Part shown: positions 36,100-46,268 of the stretch, in pieces | Layout of the letters: every line of letters begins with the position of its first letter | Numbering within the stretch: the first letter of the stretch is position 1 | Origin: Burkholderiales bacterium | GTDB taxonomy: Bacteria > Pseudomonadota > Gammaproteobacteria > Burkholderiales > SG8-41 | Assembly (NCBI GenBank): GCA_019634975.1 | Contig: JAHCAI010000004.1 | Span: forward strand, 45,979 to 109,978 | DNA length: 64,000 nt | Direction: 5' to 3' | The notes under the pieces: generated by a model | Database searches by the model: none | Told to the model about the DNA's origin: nothing | What the model saw: only the letters and a program-made list of their open reading frames with translations | Translations under genes and position numbers: made by a program

Positions 36100-36987
36100 A
36101 TGAGCGACGCCCCGCTGTACCAGACCAACCTCAAGAGCCTGCCTTTCCTGCACCGTGGCAAGGTGCGCGACATCTACGCCGTCGGCGACGACAAGCTGCT
36201 GGTGGTGCAGAGCGACCGTCTCTCCGCCTTCGACGTGATCCTCGACGATCCGATTCCCGGCAAGGGCCGCGTGCTGACCGAGGTGTCGAACTTCTGGTTC
36301 GACAAACTGAAACACATCGTTCCCAACCACCTGACCGGCATCGACCCGGCGACCGTGGTGGCGCCGGAAGAACGCGCGCAAATCGCCGGCCGCGCGATGG
36401 TGGTGCACAAGTACAAACCGCTGATGGTCGAGGCCGTGGTGCGCGGTTACCTCATCGGTTCGGGCTGGAGCGATTACCAGAAAACCGGCGCGATCTGCGG
36501 CATCCAGTTGCCCGCGGGCCTCAAGCAGGCGGAAAAACTGGCCGAGCCGATTTTCACGCCGGCCTCGAAGGCGCCCGCCGGCCATCACGATGAAAACATC
36601 ACCTACGACGACGTGGTGGCCACCATAGGCGCCGACCACACGGCGAAGGTGAAAGAGGTATCAATCAAACTCTACAAGGCCGCCGCCGAGTTTGCGGCGA
36701 CGCGCGGCATCATCATTGCCGACACCAAGTTCGAGTTCGGCACCGATGCCGCCGGCAACATGTTCCTGATCGACGAGGCGCTGACGCCGGATTCCTCGCG
36801 CTTCTGGCCGGCCGCCGAGTACCGCACCGGGATCAGCCCGCCCAGTTTCGACAAGCAGTTCGTGCGCGACTGGCTGGAAACCCAGCCCTGGAACAAGAAG
36901 GCGCCGGCGCCGCGGCTGCCCGCCGACGTGCTGGCGAAGACCGCGGCGAAATACCGCGAAGCGCAGCGCATGCTGACCGGCCGCTGA
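36100..36987 (+). CDS. purC: phosphoribosylaminoimidazolesuccinocarboxamide (SAICAR) synthase
   Basis: GKVRDIY and SDRLSAFD motifs. 295 aa from ATG 36100. The longer track ORF overlaps purK out of frame. Confidence 0.9.
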   Translation: MSDAPLYQTNLKSLPFLHRGKVRDIYAVGDDKLLVVQSDRLSAFDVILDDPIPGKGRVLTEVSNFWFDKLKHIVPNHLTGIDPATVVAPEERAQIAGRAMVVHKYKPLMVEAVVRGYLIGSGWSDYQKTGAICGIQLPAGLKQAEKLAEPIFTPASKAPAGHHDENITYDDVVATIGADHTAKVKEVSIKLYKAAAEFAATRGIIIADTKFEFGTDAAGNMFLIDEALTPDSSRFWPAAEYRTGISPPSFDKQFVRDWLETQPWNKKAPAPRLPADVLAKTAAKYREAQRMLTGR

Positions 36988-36988
36988 G

Positions 36989-38164
36989 ATGTCGACCACG
37001 CCCGGCAAGCTGTTTCCCGAAGGCGGCAAGGCCGATGCCGCTGCTGCGGTGACCACCGGCATCCTGCCCGACCGCGACATCGCGCGCCTGATCGACGGCG
37101 GACGCATCAGCGCCGAAGGCGGCGTCGATCCCTCGCAGATCCAGCCGGCGAGCCTCGACCTGCGCCTGGGTGCAACAGCCTGGCGCGTGCGCGCGAGTTT
37201 CCTGCCGGGCAAGACCTCGACGGTGCAGGCCAAGATCGACCGCCTGCAGATGCACAAGATTGATCTCTCCAAACCCACCGTGCTGGAGAAGGGCTGCGTC
37301 TACATCGCCGAGCTGATGGAAGAACTGAAGCTGCCCGCCGACATCGCCGGCAGCGCCAACCCCAAAAGCTCCACCGGCCGCCTCGACATTTTCACGCGGC
37401 TGATCACCGATGCCGGCGCCGAGTTCGAAGGTGTGGCCGCCGGTTACAAGGGCAAGCTCTATGTCGAGATCATGCCGCATACCTTCAGCGTGCTGGCGCA
37501 GCAGGGCACGCGGCTGAACCAGATCCGCTTCATCCGCGGCAACCCGCCGCCCTCGGATACCAAGCTCACCGAGCTCGACCAGACGCTGAAGCTGGTCTAC
37601 AACGACAGCGACGGCCCGCTGCCGGCGATGATCAAGAACGGCCTCTGGGTGTCAGTCGACCTCGAAGGTGACTCGAGTCACGGCATCATCGGTTACCGCG
37701 CCAAACACCACGCGCCTTTGATCGATTTGTCGAAGCTCAACCACTACGATCCGCTCGATTTCTGGGAACCGATCCGGCGCAACGCCGACCGCTCGCTGGT
37801 GCTGAATCCCGACGACTTCTACATCCTGGTGTCGCGCGAACGCGTGCGCATCCCCAACAACTACGCCGCGTCGATGGTGCCCTACGATCCCTCGGTCGGC
37901 GAATTCCGCATCCACTACGCCGGCTTCTTCGATCCCGGTTTCGGTTACGGTGCCAACAACCTGAAGGGCGCGCGCGCGGTGCTCGAAGTGCGCTCGCATG
38001 ACGTGCCCTTCATGATCGAACACGGCCAGGACGTCGGCCGCCTGATCTACGAACGCCTGCTCGGCGAACCGCAAAGCATCTACGGCGTGACCATCGGGTC
38101 GAACTATCAGTCGCAGGGGCTGAAGCTCTCCAAACAGTTCAAGCCGCTGGCGATGCCGGTCTAG
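36989..38164 (+). CDS. 2'-deoxycytidine 5'-triphosphate deaminase (long DCD-family form)
   Basis: 391 aa. N-terminal GILPDRDIARLIDGGRI and a duplicated dUTPase-like fold, as I recall for the long DCD family. Starts 1 nt after the purC stop. Confidence 0.65.
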   Translation: MSTTPGKLFPEGGKADAAAAVTTGILPDRDIARLIDGGRISAEGGVDPSQIQPASLDLRLGATAWRVRASFLPGKTSTVQAKIDRLQMHKIDLSKPTVLEKGCVYIAELMEELKLPADIAGSANPKSSTGRLDIFTRLITDAGAEFEGVAAGYKGKLYVEIMPHTFSVLAQQGTRLNQIRFIRGNPPPSDTKLTELDQTLKLVYNDSDGPLPAMIKNGLWVSVDLEGDSSHGIIGYRAKHHAPLIDLSKLNHYDPLDFWEPIRRNADRSLVLNPDDFYILVSRERVRIPNNYAASMVPYDPSVGEFRIHYAGFFDPGFGYGANNLKGARAVLEVRSHDVPFMIEHGQDVGRLIYERLLGEPQSIYGVTIGSNYQSQGLKLSKQFKPLAMPV

Positions 38165-38196
38165 TCAGGCGTGTATTGCAGGCGGCGGCCTGACGG

Positions 38197-38922
38197 ATGA
38201 ACTGGAAGCTTTTTGCGCTGCTGTGGAGTGCCGGGCTGCCGGGCATCGTCGCGTTGGTCTGGGTGATCGTTCCAGCCCTGCCGTCCGCGCAGCCATTGCC
38301 CGCACCACCGTGGGTGATCATGGTGGTCAGCGCCTTGCAAAGTGCCCTGCTGCTGGCCATAGCGGTATTCGCCGGCTGCCGGCTTGCCCCACGCATCGGA
38401 TTGCAGGCGCCGCTGTTGTCCGCCTGGCTTGCCGGTGCACCGCTGCGGCACATCCTGCGCGCACAACTGCCCGCTGCTGGCGCCGGCGGCCTGCTGGGCA
38501 TCGCAATCCTGTGGGCATACACATGGTTCATGCCTGCAGCGCCGGAGGAATCGGCACCGTTGCCGCTGATCGTTCGTGTGCTTTATGGCGGCATCAACGA
38601 GGAATTGCTGTTGCGCTGGGGACTGATGAGCGTGCTGGCCTGGCTGCTGTGGCGCGTGTGTCAACGCGGTGAGGGCGCGCTGTCGCCGGCGATGGCGTGG
38701 ACGGCGATCATTGCCAGCGCAGTGGTGTTTGGCATTGGACACCTGCCGGCTGCCAGCGCACTGCTCGGAGGATTGAACGTGCCGCTGATGCTGTACATCA
38801 TTGCCGCGAATGCCGCGTTCGGACTGGTCGCCGGCTATTTGTTCTGGAAGCGAGGGCTGGAGGCCGCCATCCTCGCCCATGGGTTTGCCCACGTCGGGTT
38901 TTTCATGATCTCGGGCAGATGA
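38197..38922 (+). CDS. CPBP family intramembrane glutamic endopeptidase
   Basis: Multi-TM protein with INEELLLRWG (EExxxR) and FGIGHLP (FxxxH) motifs. Confidence 0.75.
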   Translation: MNWKLFALLWSAGLPGIVALVWVIVPALPSAQPLPAPPWVIMVVSALQSALLLAIAVFAGCRLAPRIGLQAPLLSAWLAGAPLRHILRAQLPAAGAGGLLGIAILWAYTWFMPAAPEESAPLPLIVRVLYGGINEELLLRWGLMSVLAWLLWRVCQRGEGALSPAMAWTAIIASAVVFGIGHLPAASALLGGLNVPLMLYIIAANAAFGLVAGYLFWKRGLEAAILAHGFAHVGFFMISGR

Positions 38923-38935
38923 TGAAGAAAGCAGA

Positions 38936-38964
38936 AAGGCGCTGACCGCAATCAGCGCCTTTTG
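38936..38964 (+). terminator. rho-independent terminator after the CPBP gene (A-run on the other side, so possibly bidirectional)
   Basis: GGCGCTGA-ccgcaa-TCAGCGCC followed by TTTT. AAA precedes the stem. Confidence 0.7.
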
Positions 38965-38981
38965 TCATTGCGGCGGCGGAA

Positions 38982-39218
38982 TCAGCGCAGCGCGTCGATC
39001 GAAGCGCCGAAGTTGATGTGGAAGGGCGCGCCATCGAGCACCAGCGCCGGCACCGATTTGACGCCGGCATCGTCGGCCTCCTTCAGCCGCGCCTTGTCCT
39101 GGCCCAGATGCACGATCTCGACCTCGTATTTCGCCGGATCGATGGCCATCGCGACATTGCGTTCGGCATCGATGCACACGGGGCATCCGGCGTGATAAAA
39201 CACGGCTTTGCTTTTCAT
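38982..39218 (-). CDS. glutaredoxin/thioredoxin-fold small protein
   Basis: 78 aa from ATG 39218 (AAGGAG RBS). CPVC redox motif in FYHAGCPVCIDAE. Confidence 0.6.
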   Translation of the reverse strand: MKSKAVFYHAGCPVCIDAERNVAMAIDPAKYEVEIVHLGQDKARLKEADDAGVKSVPALVLDGAPFHINFGASIDALR

Positions 39219-39340
39219 GCGGGTCTCCTTGTAAGGTGGGTTTGTGCAACAGGCACGCCGCCATCCTGGACCGCCGCGACGCGCCGCAACAGCAGGCACT
39301 TTCCGGAAACCCGGGCACTTTTTGGTGTAAATCGGCGAAT

Positions 39341-39673
39341 ATGAACGCGAAAAAAAATCTGCCCGCAGCCTCCGAATACCGCCAGCTCGAGGATGTGGTC
39401 GGCTGCAAATGGTCGGTGTCGGTGCTGCAGGCGGTGGGCTCCGGCATTTCGCGGCCCGGCGCGCTGGAGCGCCATATCGCCGGAATCTCGACCAAGGTGC
39501 TGTCGGAACGCCTGCGCAAACTCACGCGTTACGGCCTGCTCGACAAGCAGGTGTATGCCGAAGTGCCGCCGCGCACCGAGTACGCGCTGACGGCCTACGG
39601 GCAGAAGTTGCTGCGCATCATCAGCCAGATCCGATCCCTCGACGAGGCTATCCGGAATACCGGCGAGCGTTGA
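39341..39673 (+). CDS. HxlR family transcriptional regulator
   Basis: 110 aa. CKWSVSVLQAV...ISTKVLSERLRKLTRYGLL...PPRTEYALT winged-helix pattern. Divergent from the redox-fold gene. Confidence 0.8.
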   Translation: MNAKKNLPAASEYRQLEDVVGCKWSVSVLQAVGSGISRPGALERHIAGISTKVLSERLRKLTRYGLLDKQVYAEVPPRTEYALTAYGQKLLRIISQIRSLDEAIRNTGER

Positions 39674-39684
39674 TGCCGATTATG

Positions 39685-39711
39685 TAAGTATTTGTTTTTA
39701 TTGATATTTTT
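39685..39711 (+). repeat. AT-rich intergenic motif, copy C (TAAGTATTTGTTTTTATTGATATTTTT)
   Basis: Read directly. Lies between the hxlR-like stop and the tsaC start. Confidence 0.7.
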
Positions 39712-39735
39712 ATTACACTGCGAGATACTCGGGAG

Positions 39736-40725
39736 ATGACGCATCCCGCATCAAAAACCGACATCAACTACGCCGCCGCGCAACTCAAGGCCGGCGAACT
39801 CGTTGCATTCCCCACCGAAACCGTCTACGGCCTCGGCGCCGATGCCTCAAACGCAGAAGCCGTGCAGAAGATCTACGCCGCCAAGGGCCGGCCCTCGAAC
39901 CATCCGCTGATCGTGCACATTGCCGACGCCGTGCAGCTCGCCAACTGGGCGCGCGACATTCCGCCGGCCGCGCATGTGCTCGCCAAAACATTCTGGCCCG
40001 GCCCGCTGACACTGGTGCTGAAACGCCATCCGGAAGTCCCCGATGCCGTCACCGGCGGCCAGGACACCGTCGCGATCCGCGTGCCCTCGCACCCGGTCGC
40101 GCAGGCGCTGCTGCGTGAATTCGGCGGCGGCGTGGCCGCGCCCTCGGCCAATCGTTTCGGCCGCGTGTCGGCCACCACCGCCGCGCATGTGCGCGAGGAA
40201 TTCGGTGACACGGTTGCCTGCGTGCTCGACGGCGGCGCGGCCGATGTCGGCATCGAATCCACCATTGTCGACTGCTCGCGCGCGACACCCAGCCTGCTGC
40301 GCCCCGGCTGGATCACGCCGCAGCAGCTCGAAGCCGCACTCGGTGCGCCGCTGGCCGCGCCCGATGCCGATGCGCCGCGCGTCTCCGGCACGCTGGAAAA
40401 ACACTACTCGCCGCAGACCCCGGTGATGCTGATGGAAGGCGATCTGATCATTGAACTCGCGCACAGCCTGACGCGCCAGGGCAAACGCGTGGCGGTGCTG
40501 GCGCGGACGGCGTTGCAGCCCCTGATCGAAAAAATCGTGTGGCGGGCGGCGCCGGCGGATGCGGCGGGTTACGCGCATGAGCTGTATGCCAATCTGCGCG
40601 AGCTGGATCAGGCGGGCTGCGACGCGATCCTCGTCGAGCAGCCGCCGGAGGACGCCGATTGGCTGGCGATCCGCGACCGGCTCAACCGCGCGGCGGCGGG
40701 GTCGGGTGAGACCTCGCCGGACTGA
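39736..40725 (+). CDS. tsaC: L-threonylcarbamoyladenylate synthase (YrdC domain plus Sua5 C-terminal domain)
   Basis: FPTETVYGLGADA, KGRPSNHPLIVH and SANRFG motifs. 329 aa. Confidence 0.9.
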   Translation: MTHPASKTDINYAAAQLKAGELVAFPTETVYGLGADASNAEAVQKIYAAKGRPSNHPLIVHIADAVQLANWARDIPPAAHVLAKTFWPGPLTLVLKRHPEVPDAVTGGQDTVAIRVPSHPVAQALLREFGGGVAAPSANRFGRVSATTAAHVREEFGDTVACVLDGGAADVGIESTIVDCSRATPSLLRPGWITPQQLEAALGAPLAAPDADAPRVSGTLEKHYSPQTPVMLMEGDLIIELAHSLTRQGKRVAVLARTALQPLIEKIVWRAAPADAAGYAHELYANLRELDQAGCDAILVEQPPEDADWLAIRDRLNRAAAGSGETSPD

Positions 40726-40795
40726 GTCCGGATTTGCCCGCTTGCCAGCGGGCGCCGAATGCTGAAGCATGACGGCACTTCAACACGGAGCCCCC

Positions 40796-41734
40796 ATGAA
40801 ACACGACGTCATCCTCACCGCCAAAGGCCATGCCGGCACCCAGAAACGCATGGAGCAGGAGTTCAACCTGGTCAAGCTGTGGGAGCAGCCCGACCGCGCC
40901 GCGGCACTGAAGGCCGCCGCGCCGAAGGTTCGCGCGCTGGCGCATACCGGCCACTCGAAGGTCGATGCCGCGCTGATGGATGCGCTGCCCAGGCTCGAGA
41001 TCATCGCCAACTTCGGCGTCGGCGTGGACCAGATCGATCTTGATGCCGCCAAGGCGCGCGGCATCACCGTCACCAACACTGCGAATGCACTGAACGACTG
41101 CGTCGCCGACTGCGCGATCGCGCTGGTGCTGAACACGCTGCGCAAGTTTCCGCAGGCCGACAAGTACGTCCGCGCCGGCCGCTGGAAGACCGACGGCACC
41201 TATCCCTTCACCACCTCGCTCGGCGGCAAGACGCTGGGCATCCTCGGCCTCGGCCGCATCGGTGAGGAAATCGCCAACCGCGCGAAGGCTTTCAAGATGG
41301 AGATCCGTTACCACAACCGCAACAAAAAGGACGTGCCCTGGGCCTACGATCCCGACCCGGTGACGCTGGCGAAAAATTCCGATGTGCTGGTGGCGATCAC
41401 CCCCGGCGGCCCGGAGACCGACAAGCTGGTCAATGCCGCGGTGCTCGATGCGCTGGGCCCGCAGGGTTATGTGGTCAACGTCGCCCGCGGCTCGGTGGTC
41501 GACCAGCCGGTGCTGCTGAAGTATCTGCAGGACGGCAAAATCGCCGGCGCGGGGCTGGATGTCTATTACGACGAGCCGAATGTCGATCCGGCCTTTTTCG
41601 GGCTCGACAACGTGGTGCTGCTGCCGCACATGGCCAGCGCAACGAACGAGACACGCACGGCCATGGGCCTGCTGCAGATCGAGAACATCCAGCTTCACCT
41701 CTCCGGCAAGCCGGTGAAGACCCGGGTCGCCTGA
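40796..41734 (+). CDS. 2-hydroxyacid dehydrogenase (glyoxylate/hydroxypyruvate reductase-like)
   Basis: GILGLGRIGEEIANRA NAD motif, then NVARGSVVD and PHMASAT. ATG 40796 (GGAG 5 nt upstream) is preferred over track start 40769. Confidence 0.8.
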   Translation: MKHDVILTAKGHAGTQKRMEQEFNLVKLWEQPDRAAALKAAAPKVRALAHTGHSKVDAALMDALPRLEIIANFGVGVDQIDLDAAKARGITVTNTANALNDCVADCAIALVLNTLRKFPQADKYVRAGRWKTDGTYPFTTSLGGKTLGILGLGRIGEEIANRAKAFKMEIRYHNRNKKDVPWAYDPDPVTLAKNSDVLVAITPGGPETDKLVNAAVLDALGPQGYVVNVARGSVVDQPVLLKYLQDGKIAGAGLDVYYDEPNVDPAFFGLDNVVLLPHMASATNETRTAMGLLQIENIQLHLSGKPVKTRVA

Positions 41735-41770
41735 CCTCCCGCCTGCGGTCGGCCGGCGTATGCCCGGCGC

Positions 41771-42187
41771 TTAGCGGTTCAGCGCGGCCAGCCCCACCCG
41801 GGCCAGCTCCTCGTCGCGCTTGCCGCTGGGGTAGCCGCCGACGCCGATGCCGCCGAGGATCACGCCGTCCCGGACAATGACCACGCCGCCCTGGCCGAAG
41901 GTCAGCTGGGGATCGCCCATTTCGCTGACGCTCCTGCCCTGGGCATGCAGCTTCTCCGCATGCGCGCCAGTGTCCATGCCGAGTATCGCCGCGGTGTAGG
42001 CCTTGCGCACTGCGTGGCGACGCCCGAACAGGCGCATATGCCCGGTTTTTGCGAAGGCCAGCAGGTTGCCGGCGTCATCGACGATGGCAATGGCCACATG
42101 CTCGCCGGGGCTTTGCAAGGCCTGGTCGACCATCGCATCCATCGCGGCGCGCACCTGGGTGAAGGGCAGGGGGGATTTGTCGGTCAT
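41771..42187 (-). CDS. GlcG/HbpS-like (DUF336) heme-binding family protein
   Basis: 138 aa. GGIGVGGYPSGKRDEELA motif. Confidence 0.7.
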   Translation of the reverse strand: MTDKSPLPFTQVRAAMDAMVDQALQSPGEHVAIAIVDDAGNLLAFAKTGHMRLFGRRHAVRKAYTAAILGMDTGAHAEKLHAQGRSVSEMGDPQLTFGQGGVVIVRDGVILGGIGVGGYPSGKRDEELARVGLAALNR

Positions 42188-42359
42188 GGGTAGCGCTCCT
42201 CGGCAGAGTCCGGCCGAACGGGCCGGTGTCCCCCCATTCTAGCCGGACCGTTCGTCGGGCGGCGGGACACGCCAGTCAGGCGCCGCAACGGGCAGGCATT
42301 AGTGCATGGTGCGAAGGGCCGCAGATTGCTAGACTGCCCGGAAAACAGGAAAAACCGTC

Positions 42360-43319
42360 ATGCGCCGCAGCGATTTCGACATCACCGACAGGATCCGCAC
42401 CACCGACACCATCGAAGTGTCGGATGCCGTGCTCGGCCTGTTCCGCGCCCTCTATCCGCAGGGCAACCCGCGGCCGATGGAGAAGGCCTTCGAGGAACTG
42501 TCGCGGATGTACCACGGCAAGCATCCGGACTATCATCCCTGTGACACCGAGTACCACGACATCCAGCACGTGCTGGACGTGACGCTGGCGATGGCGCGGC
42601 TGCTCGACGGCTACCAGCGCGATCCGCGCGAGCAGGCGCCGCTGTCGCCCGAGCTGTTCAATGTCGGCATCGTCACCGCGCTGTTTCACGACGTCGGCTA
42701 CCTGCGCCGGCGCAACGACCGCAAGCACCGCTACGGCGCCGAGTACACGCTGACCCACGTATCGCGCGGCGCCAGATTCCTGCTCGGTTACCTGCCGAAA
42801 ATTGGTTTGAAAAAATACGCCCGTGACGCTTCGGTGATCATTCATTTCACCGGCTATGAGCGCAACCCGGACAGCATCCGCATGGGCGATCCGGTGATGC
42901 GCCGCATCGGCGAGATTCTCGGCACCGCGGACATCATCGCGCAGATGTCGGACCGCTGCTACCTCGAGAAATGCCACGACCGGCTGTACCCCGAGTTCCT
43001 GCTCGGCGGTATCGCCGAGCGCCGGCAGCCCGACGGCAGTGTCGTCGTGGTCTACAAATCGGGCAAGGACCTGCTCAGCAAGACGCCGGCGTTTTATGTC
43101 AATGCGATGAAGCGGCTGGAACTCAAGCTGCGTCGCGCCTACCAGTATGCCGAGGTCCATTTCGGGGGCCGCAACCTCTACATCAAGGAGATGGAGAAGA
43201 ACGCGGCCCATGCCGAGGAGGCGACCGGCGCGAGCGGGCGCAGCCGCCTGCGACGCGCGGCCCCCAGGACGCTGCCCGCGGGCGTGCGCTCCGCACCGGA
43301 GTCGCTGGTGATCCGCTGA
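42360..43319 (+). CDS. HD-domain-like metal-dependent phosphohydrolase (uncharacterised)
   Basis: YHDIQHVLDV ... TALFHDVGY His/His-Asp pattern. 319 aa. No closer family recognised. Confidence 0.5.
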   Translation: MRRSDFDITDRIRTTDTIEVSDAVLGLFRALYPQGNPRPMEKAFEELSRMYHGKHPDYHPCDTEYHDIQHVLDVTLAMARLLDGYQRDPREQAPLSPELFNVGIVTALFHDVGYLRRRNDRKHRYGAEYTLTHVSRGARFLLGYLPKIGLKKYARDASVIIHFTGYERNPDSIRMGDPVMRRIGEILGTADIIAQMSDRCYLEKCHDRLYPEFLLGGIAERRQPDGSVVVVYKSGKDLLSKTPAFYVNAMKRLELKLRRAYQYAEVHFGGRNLYIKEMEKNAAHAEEATGASGRSRLRRAAPRTLPAGVRSAPESLVIR

Positions 43320-43331
43320 GCTTCGGCTGTC

Positions 43332-43880
43332 ATGCGCTTCATGGTCCGCACCGGCATCCTGATTGCACAGCTTGCGGCTTTTTTCGTGCTGATGGCGCTG
43401 ATCTCGCTGGGCACGACCTACCTCACCGCAGAGCGATATGCGGAGGGCTCGACGCCGGTACGCCTGTTTCCGGTCATTTCGCTGCCGCCCGGGGCGGCGA
43501 ATCCACCGCGCTACGAGCTGTTGCGCTGGCCGGATGTCACGCGCAAGGATCCGCCGCCGCCGCCGCGCGAGCTGCGCCTGCCCGAGCCGGCGGGCGAATT
43601 CGATGTGCCGGCCCGCGGCGGCTTTGCGCCGATGGTGCGCTTTGCCGCGCATGACGCGGGCGACGGGCGCCAGCGCGTTGAACTCAGGGTTACCGAGGAT
43701 GACTACGTGATTTACGCCGCCTATGTCACGGACGGCGGCACGGTGGCGCCGGAGTATTTCCGTGTCTGGGGCCCGTCCTCGGCGCTGCTCGCGGTTTTTC
43801 CGGCCTTCGTGCTGGCGCTGGTGCTGGGGCGCCTGCTGCGCCGGCGCTTCATGCCCCCGGCCAAGGCGGACGCCGCCTGA
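43332..43880 (+). CDS. hypothetical membrane-anchored protein
   Basis: 182 aa. N-terminal and C-terminal hydrophobic helices. Coding-like codon usage. No domain recognised. Confidence 0.4.
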   Translation: MRFMVRTGILIAQLAAFFVLMALISLGTTYLTAERYAEGSTPVRLFPVISLPPGAANPPRYELLRWPDVTRKDPPPPPRELRLPEPAGEFDVPARGGFAPMVRFAAHDAGDGRQRVELRVTEDDYVIYAAYVTDGGTVAPEYFRVWGPSSALLAVFPAFVLALVLGRLLRRRFMPPAKADAA

Positions 43881-43938
43881 GATTTTTCAGGCGGCAGGAC
43901 GCCGGACCGCCCTGCGCCGCCGACTGCCGCGGCCCGAA

Positions 43939-44409
43939 TCAGCCGTCGCGGCTTTGCAGCTCGTGGAGCTTCATGCCGTGCCAGTTGGGCAGCGCGGCGA
44001 GAAAATCCGGGTGCGCCCTCGCGATCCACACATACTGCTCGTCCTCGCGCGCGGTACGGAATCCCGCGGCCGCCTGCCGCAGCCACCAGGCCACGCCGAC
44101 GTCGGTGGCACCGATCAGCAGCATCACCACTGCGGGAACGGCGCCGAGCAGGAAGAAAACAGCTGGTGCCGCGATGATCAGGGCAAGGCCTGCGATGGCG
44201 ATGATCTTGGCCGCGCGCCCGCGCCGCGAGCGACAGGACGGGCATAGCGGCGGCCGCACCCTGGGACGGGTGCCGGGGGCGGCGGGCGCCGCATCCGGCA
44301 CCGCGCAGGCGCTGCCGCAGGACAGGCACAGCGAGGGAAACTGGTGACGATGACGCTCGACGACGACCATGTCGTCGCTGCGGTGAACCCCGGAGGTACC
44401 CTTCAGCAT
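43939..44409 (-). CDS. hypothetical zinc-ribbon membrane protein
   Basis: 156 aa. CxxC...CxxC (CLSCGSAC...CPSC) followed by two TM helices. Lies 16 nt downstream of gcdH. Confidence 0.4.
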   Translation of the reverse strand: MLKGTSGVHRSDDMVVVERHRHQFPSLCLSCGSACAVPDAAPAAPGTRPRVRPPLCPSCRSRRGRAAKIIAIAGLALIIAAPAVFFLLGAVPAVVMLLIGATDVGVAWWLRQAAAGFRTAREDEQYVWIARAHPDFLAALPNWHGMKLHELQSRDG

Positions 44410-44425
44410 GCCCGGCTCCGCCTGT

Positions 44426-45628
44426 TCAGTTGAACGCCGAAAGGCCGGTCTGCGCGCGGCCGAGCACCAGCGCGTGGATGTCGTGAGTCCCTTCCAGCGT
44501 GTTGACGGTTTCCAGGTTGAGCATGTGCCGGATCACCGGGTACTCGTCCGAAATGCCGTTGCCGCCGAGCATGTCGCGTGCGGCGCGCGCGATTTCCAGC
44601 GCCTTGCCGGTTGAATTGCGCTTGAGCAGCGACACCATTTCCGGCGTTGCACGGCCATCGTCACGCAGCCGGCTGACATGCAGGCAGGCGAGCAGGCCCA
44701 GCGCGATCTCGGACTGCATGTCGGCGAGTTTCTTCTGCACCAGCTGGTTCGCCGCCAGCGGTTTGCCGAACTGTTTGCGGTCCATCGTGTACTGGCGCGC
44801 GGCATGCCAGCAGGCTTCCGCCGCGCCCAGCGCGCCCCAGCAAATCACGAAGCGCGCGTTGTTGAGGCAGCCGAAGGGTCCCTTGAGGCCGCTCACGTTG
44901 GGCAGCAGGTTGGCTTCCGGCACGAAGACCTTGTCCATCACGATTTCGCCGGTCGGCGAGGCGCGCACCGAGAACTTGCCCTCGATCTTGCGCGTGGACA
45001 GGCCCTCCATGCCGCGCTCGAGGATGAAGCCGCGGATCACGCCGCCGTCGTCCTTGGCCCAGACGATCATGATGTCGGCGATGGGCGCGTGCGTGATCCA
45101 CAGTTTTGTGCCCGTCAGCAGGTAGCCGCCGTCGACGCTGCGCGCGCGGGTTCGCATGCTGCCGGGGTCGGAGCCGTGGTCGGGCTCCGTGAGACCGAAG
45201 CAGCCGAGCAGTTCTCCGGCCGCCATTTTCGGCAGATATTTCTGTCGCTGTTCCTCGGTGCCGTAGGCGTAGATCGGCGTCATCGCCAGCCCGCCCTGCA
45301 CGCCGACCGCCGAGCGGAAGGCGGTGTCGACGCGTTCCAGCTCGCGCATGATCAAACCGTAGGCAACGTAACCGATGCCGGCGCAGCCGTAGCCCTCGAG
45401 CGGTGCGCCGAGGAAGCCCAGTTCACCCATTTCGCGCATCACTGCGCGGTCAAAATTCTCGTTGCGGTTCCAGTCGCGGATGCGCGGCGCGAGCTTTTCC
45501 TGCGCGTACTGGCGCGCGGTGTCGCGGATCATCCGCTCTTCGTCGGTCAGCTGTGATTCGATCAGCAGCGGGTCGTCCCACTGGAAATGGCCGCCGGTAA
45601 GGGTGACGGCGGTGTGGTCAAGGGTCAT
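44426..45628 (-). CDS. gcdH: glutaryl-CoA dehydrogenase-type acyl-CoA dehydrogenase
   Basis: 400 aa ACAD fold. The N-terminal [22 protein letters not shown] segment is typical of glutaryl-CoA dehydrogenases. Confidence 0.75.
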   Translation of the reverse strand: MTLDHTAVTLTGGHFQWDDPLLIESQLTDEERMIRDTARQYAQEKLAPRIRDWNRNENFDRAVMREMGELGFLGAPLEGYGCAGIGYVAYGLIMRELERVDTAFRSAVGVQGGLAMTPIYAYGTEEQRQKYLPKMAAGELLGCFGLTEPDHGSDPGSMRTRARSVDGGYLLTGTKLWITHAPIADIMIVWAKDDGGVIRGFILERGMEGLSTRKIEGKFSVRASPTGEIVMDKVFVPEANLLPNVSGLKGPFGCLNNARFVICWGALGAAEACWHAARQYTMDRKQFGKPLAANQLVQKKLADMQSEIALGLLACLHVSRLRDDGRATPEMVSLLKRNSTGKALEIARAARDMLGGNGISDEYPVIRHMLNLETVNTLEGTHDIHALVLGRAQTGLSAFN

Positions 45629-45676
45629 GCAGTGCTCCGGCTTGCTCAGACCTTCAATTGTACCGGCGATACGGCC

Positions 45677-46231
45677 TCAGCCGGTGTTGCGGGCCACGAT
45701 GTGGGTCGGCAGGCCGTCGATGCTCGACTGGTTTTTCAGTGCCCAGTACTCCTGCAGGCCGGCTTCGCCCTTTTTTTCGGCCCAGGCTTCGAGCGCACCG
45801 CGCTCGCCTTGGTAGTCCATCAAGGGGACGCCCATGCCGCAGGAAGTCTGCACGCTGTCGATTGCGAGGTCGAAAATCTGCCGCGCGCCGGGCAGCGGCG
45901 TGAACTGCGCGTACAGCGCCGCCCATTCCGGATCGCCGCGATGAACGACGCGCGCTCTGCCGTACAGCCGCAGGATCAGCGGCGCGCCCTCGAAGGCGCA
46001 GAACATCAGCGTCATCCGCGCATCGGCCTGCACATGGGCCGCGGTTTCGTTGCCGCTGCCGGTGACGCTCAACCAGGCCACGCGCTTCGGGCCGAGCACG
46101 CGCAGCGAATCCATGCCCTTGGGCGAGACATTGATGCGGCTGTCCGCGGTCGCGGTGCCGGTGAAATAGATCTTCTGCGCGCGGATGAACTCGACATGGC
46201 GCTCCGACAGCGCCGCGAACATCATCGCCAT
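45677..46231 (-). CDS. pyridoxamine 5'-phosphate oxidase family protein
   Basis: 184 aa. FIRAQKIYFTGTA...INVSPKG...LSVTGSGNET pattern of the PNPOx-like split-barrel. Confidence 0.7.
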   Translation of the reverse strand: MAMMFAALSERHVEFIRAQKIYFTGTATADSRINVSPKGMDSLRVLGPKRVAWLSVTGSGNETAAHVQADARMTLMFCAFEGAPLILRLYGRARVVHRGDPEWAALYAQFTPLPGARQIFDLAIDSVQTSCGMGVPLMDYQGERGALEAWAEKKGEAGLQEYWALKNQSSIDGLPTHIVARNTG

Positions 46232-46243
46232 GAGGATGCCTTA

Positions 46244-46268
46244 TAAGTATTTGATTATATTTATTTTT
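46244..46268 (+). repeat. AT-rich intergenic motif, copy D (TAAGTATTTGATTATATTTATTTTT)
   Basis: Read directly. It fills essentially the whole 37-nt spacer between two minus-strand genes. Confidence 0.7.

Noticed and set aside
36989-38164. dCTP deaminase as an anti-phage nucleotide-depletion gene
   Set aside because: It looks like the widespread long DCD-family housekeeping form. It has no fused kinase or sensor domain, and it sits in a purine biosynthesis operon rather than a defence context.
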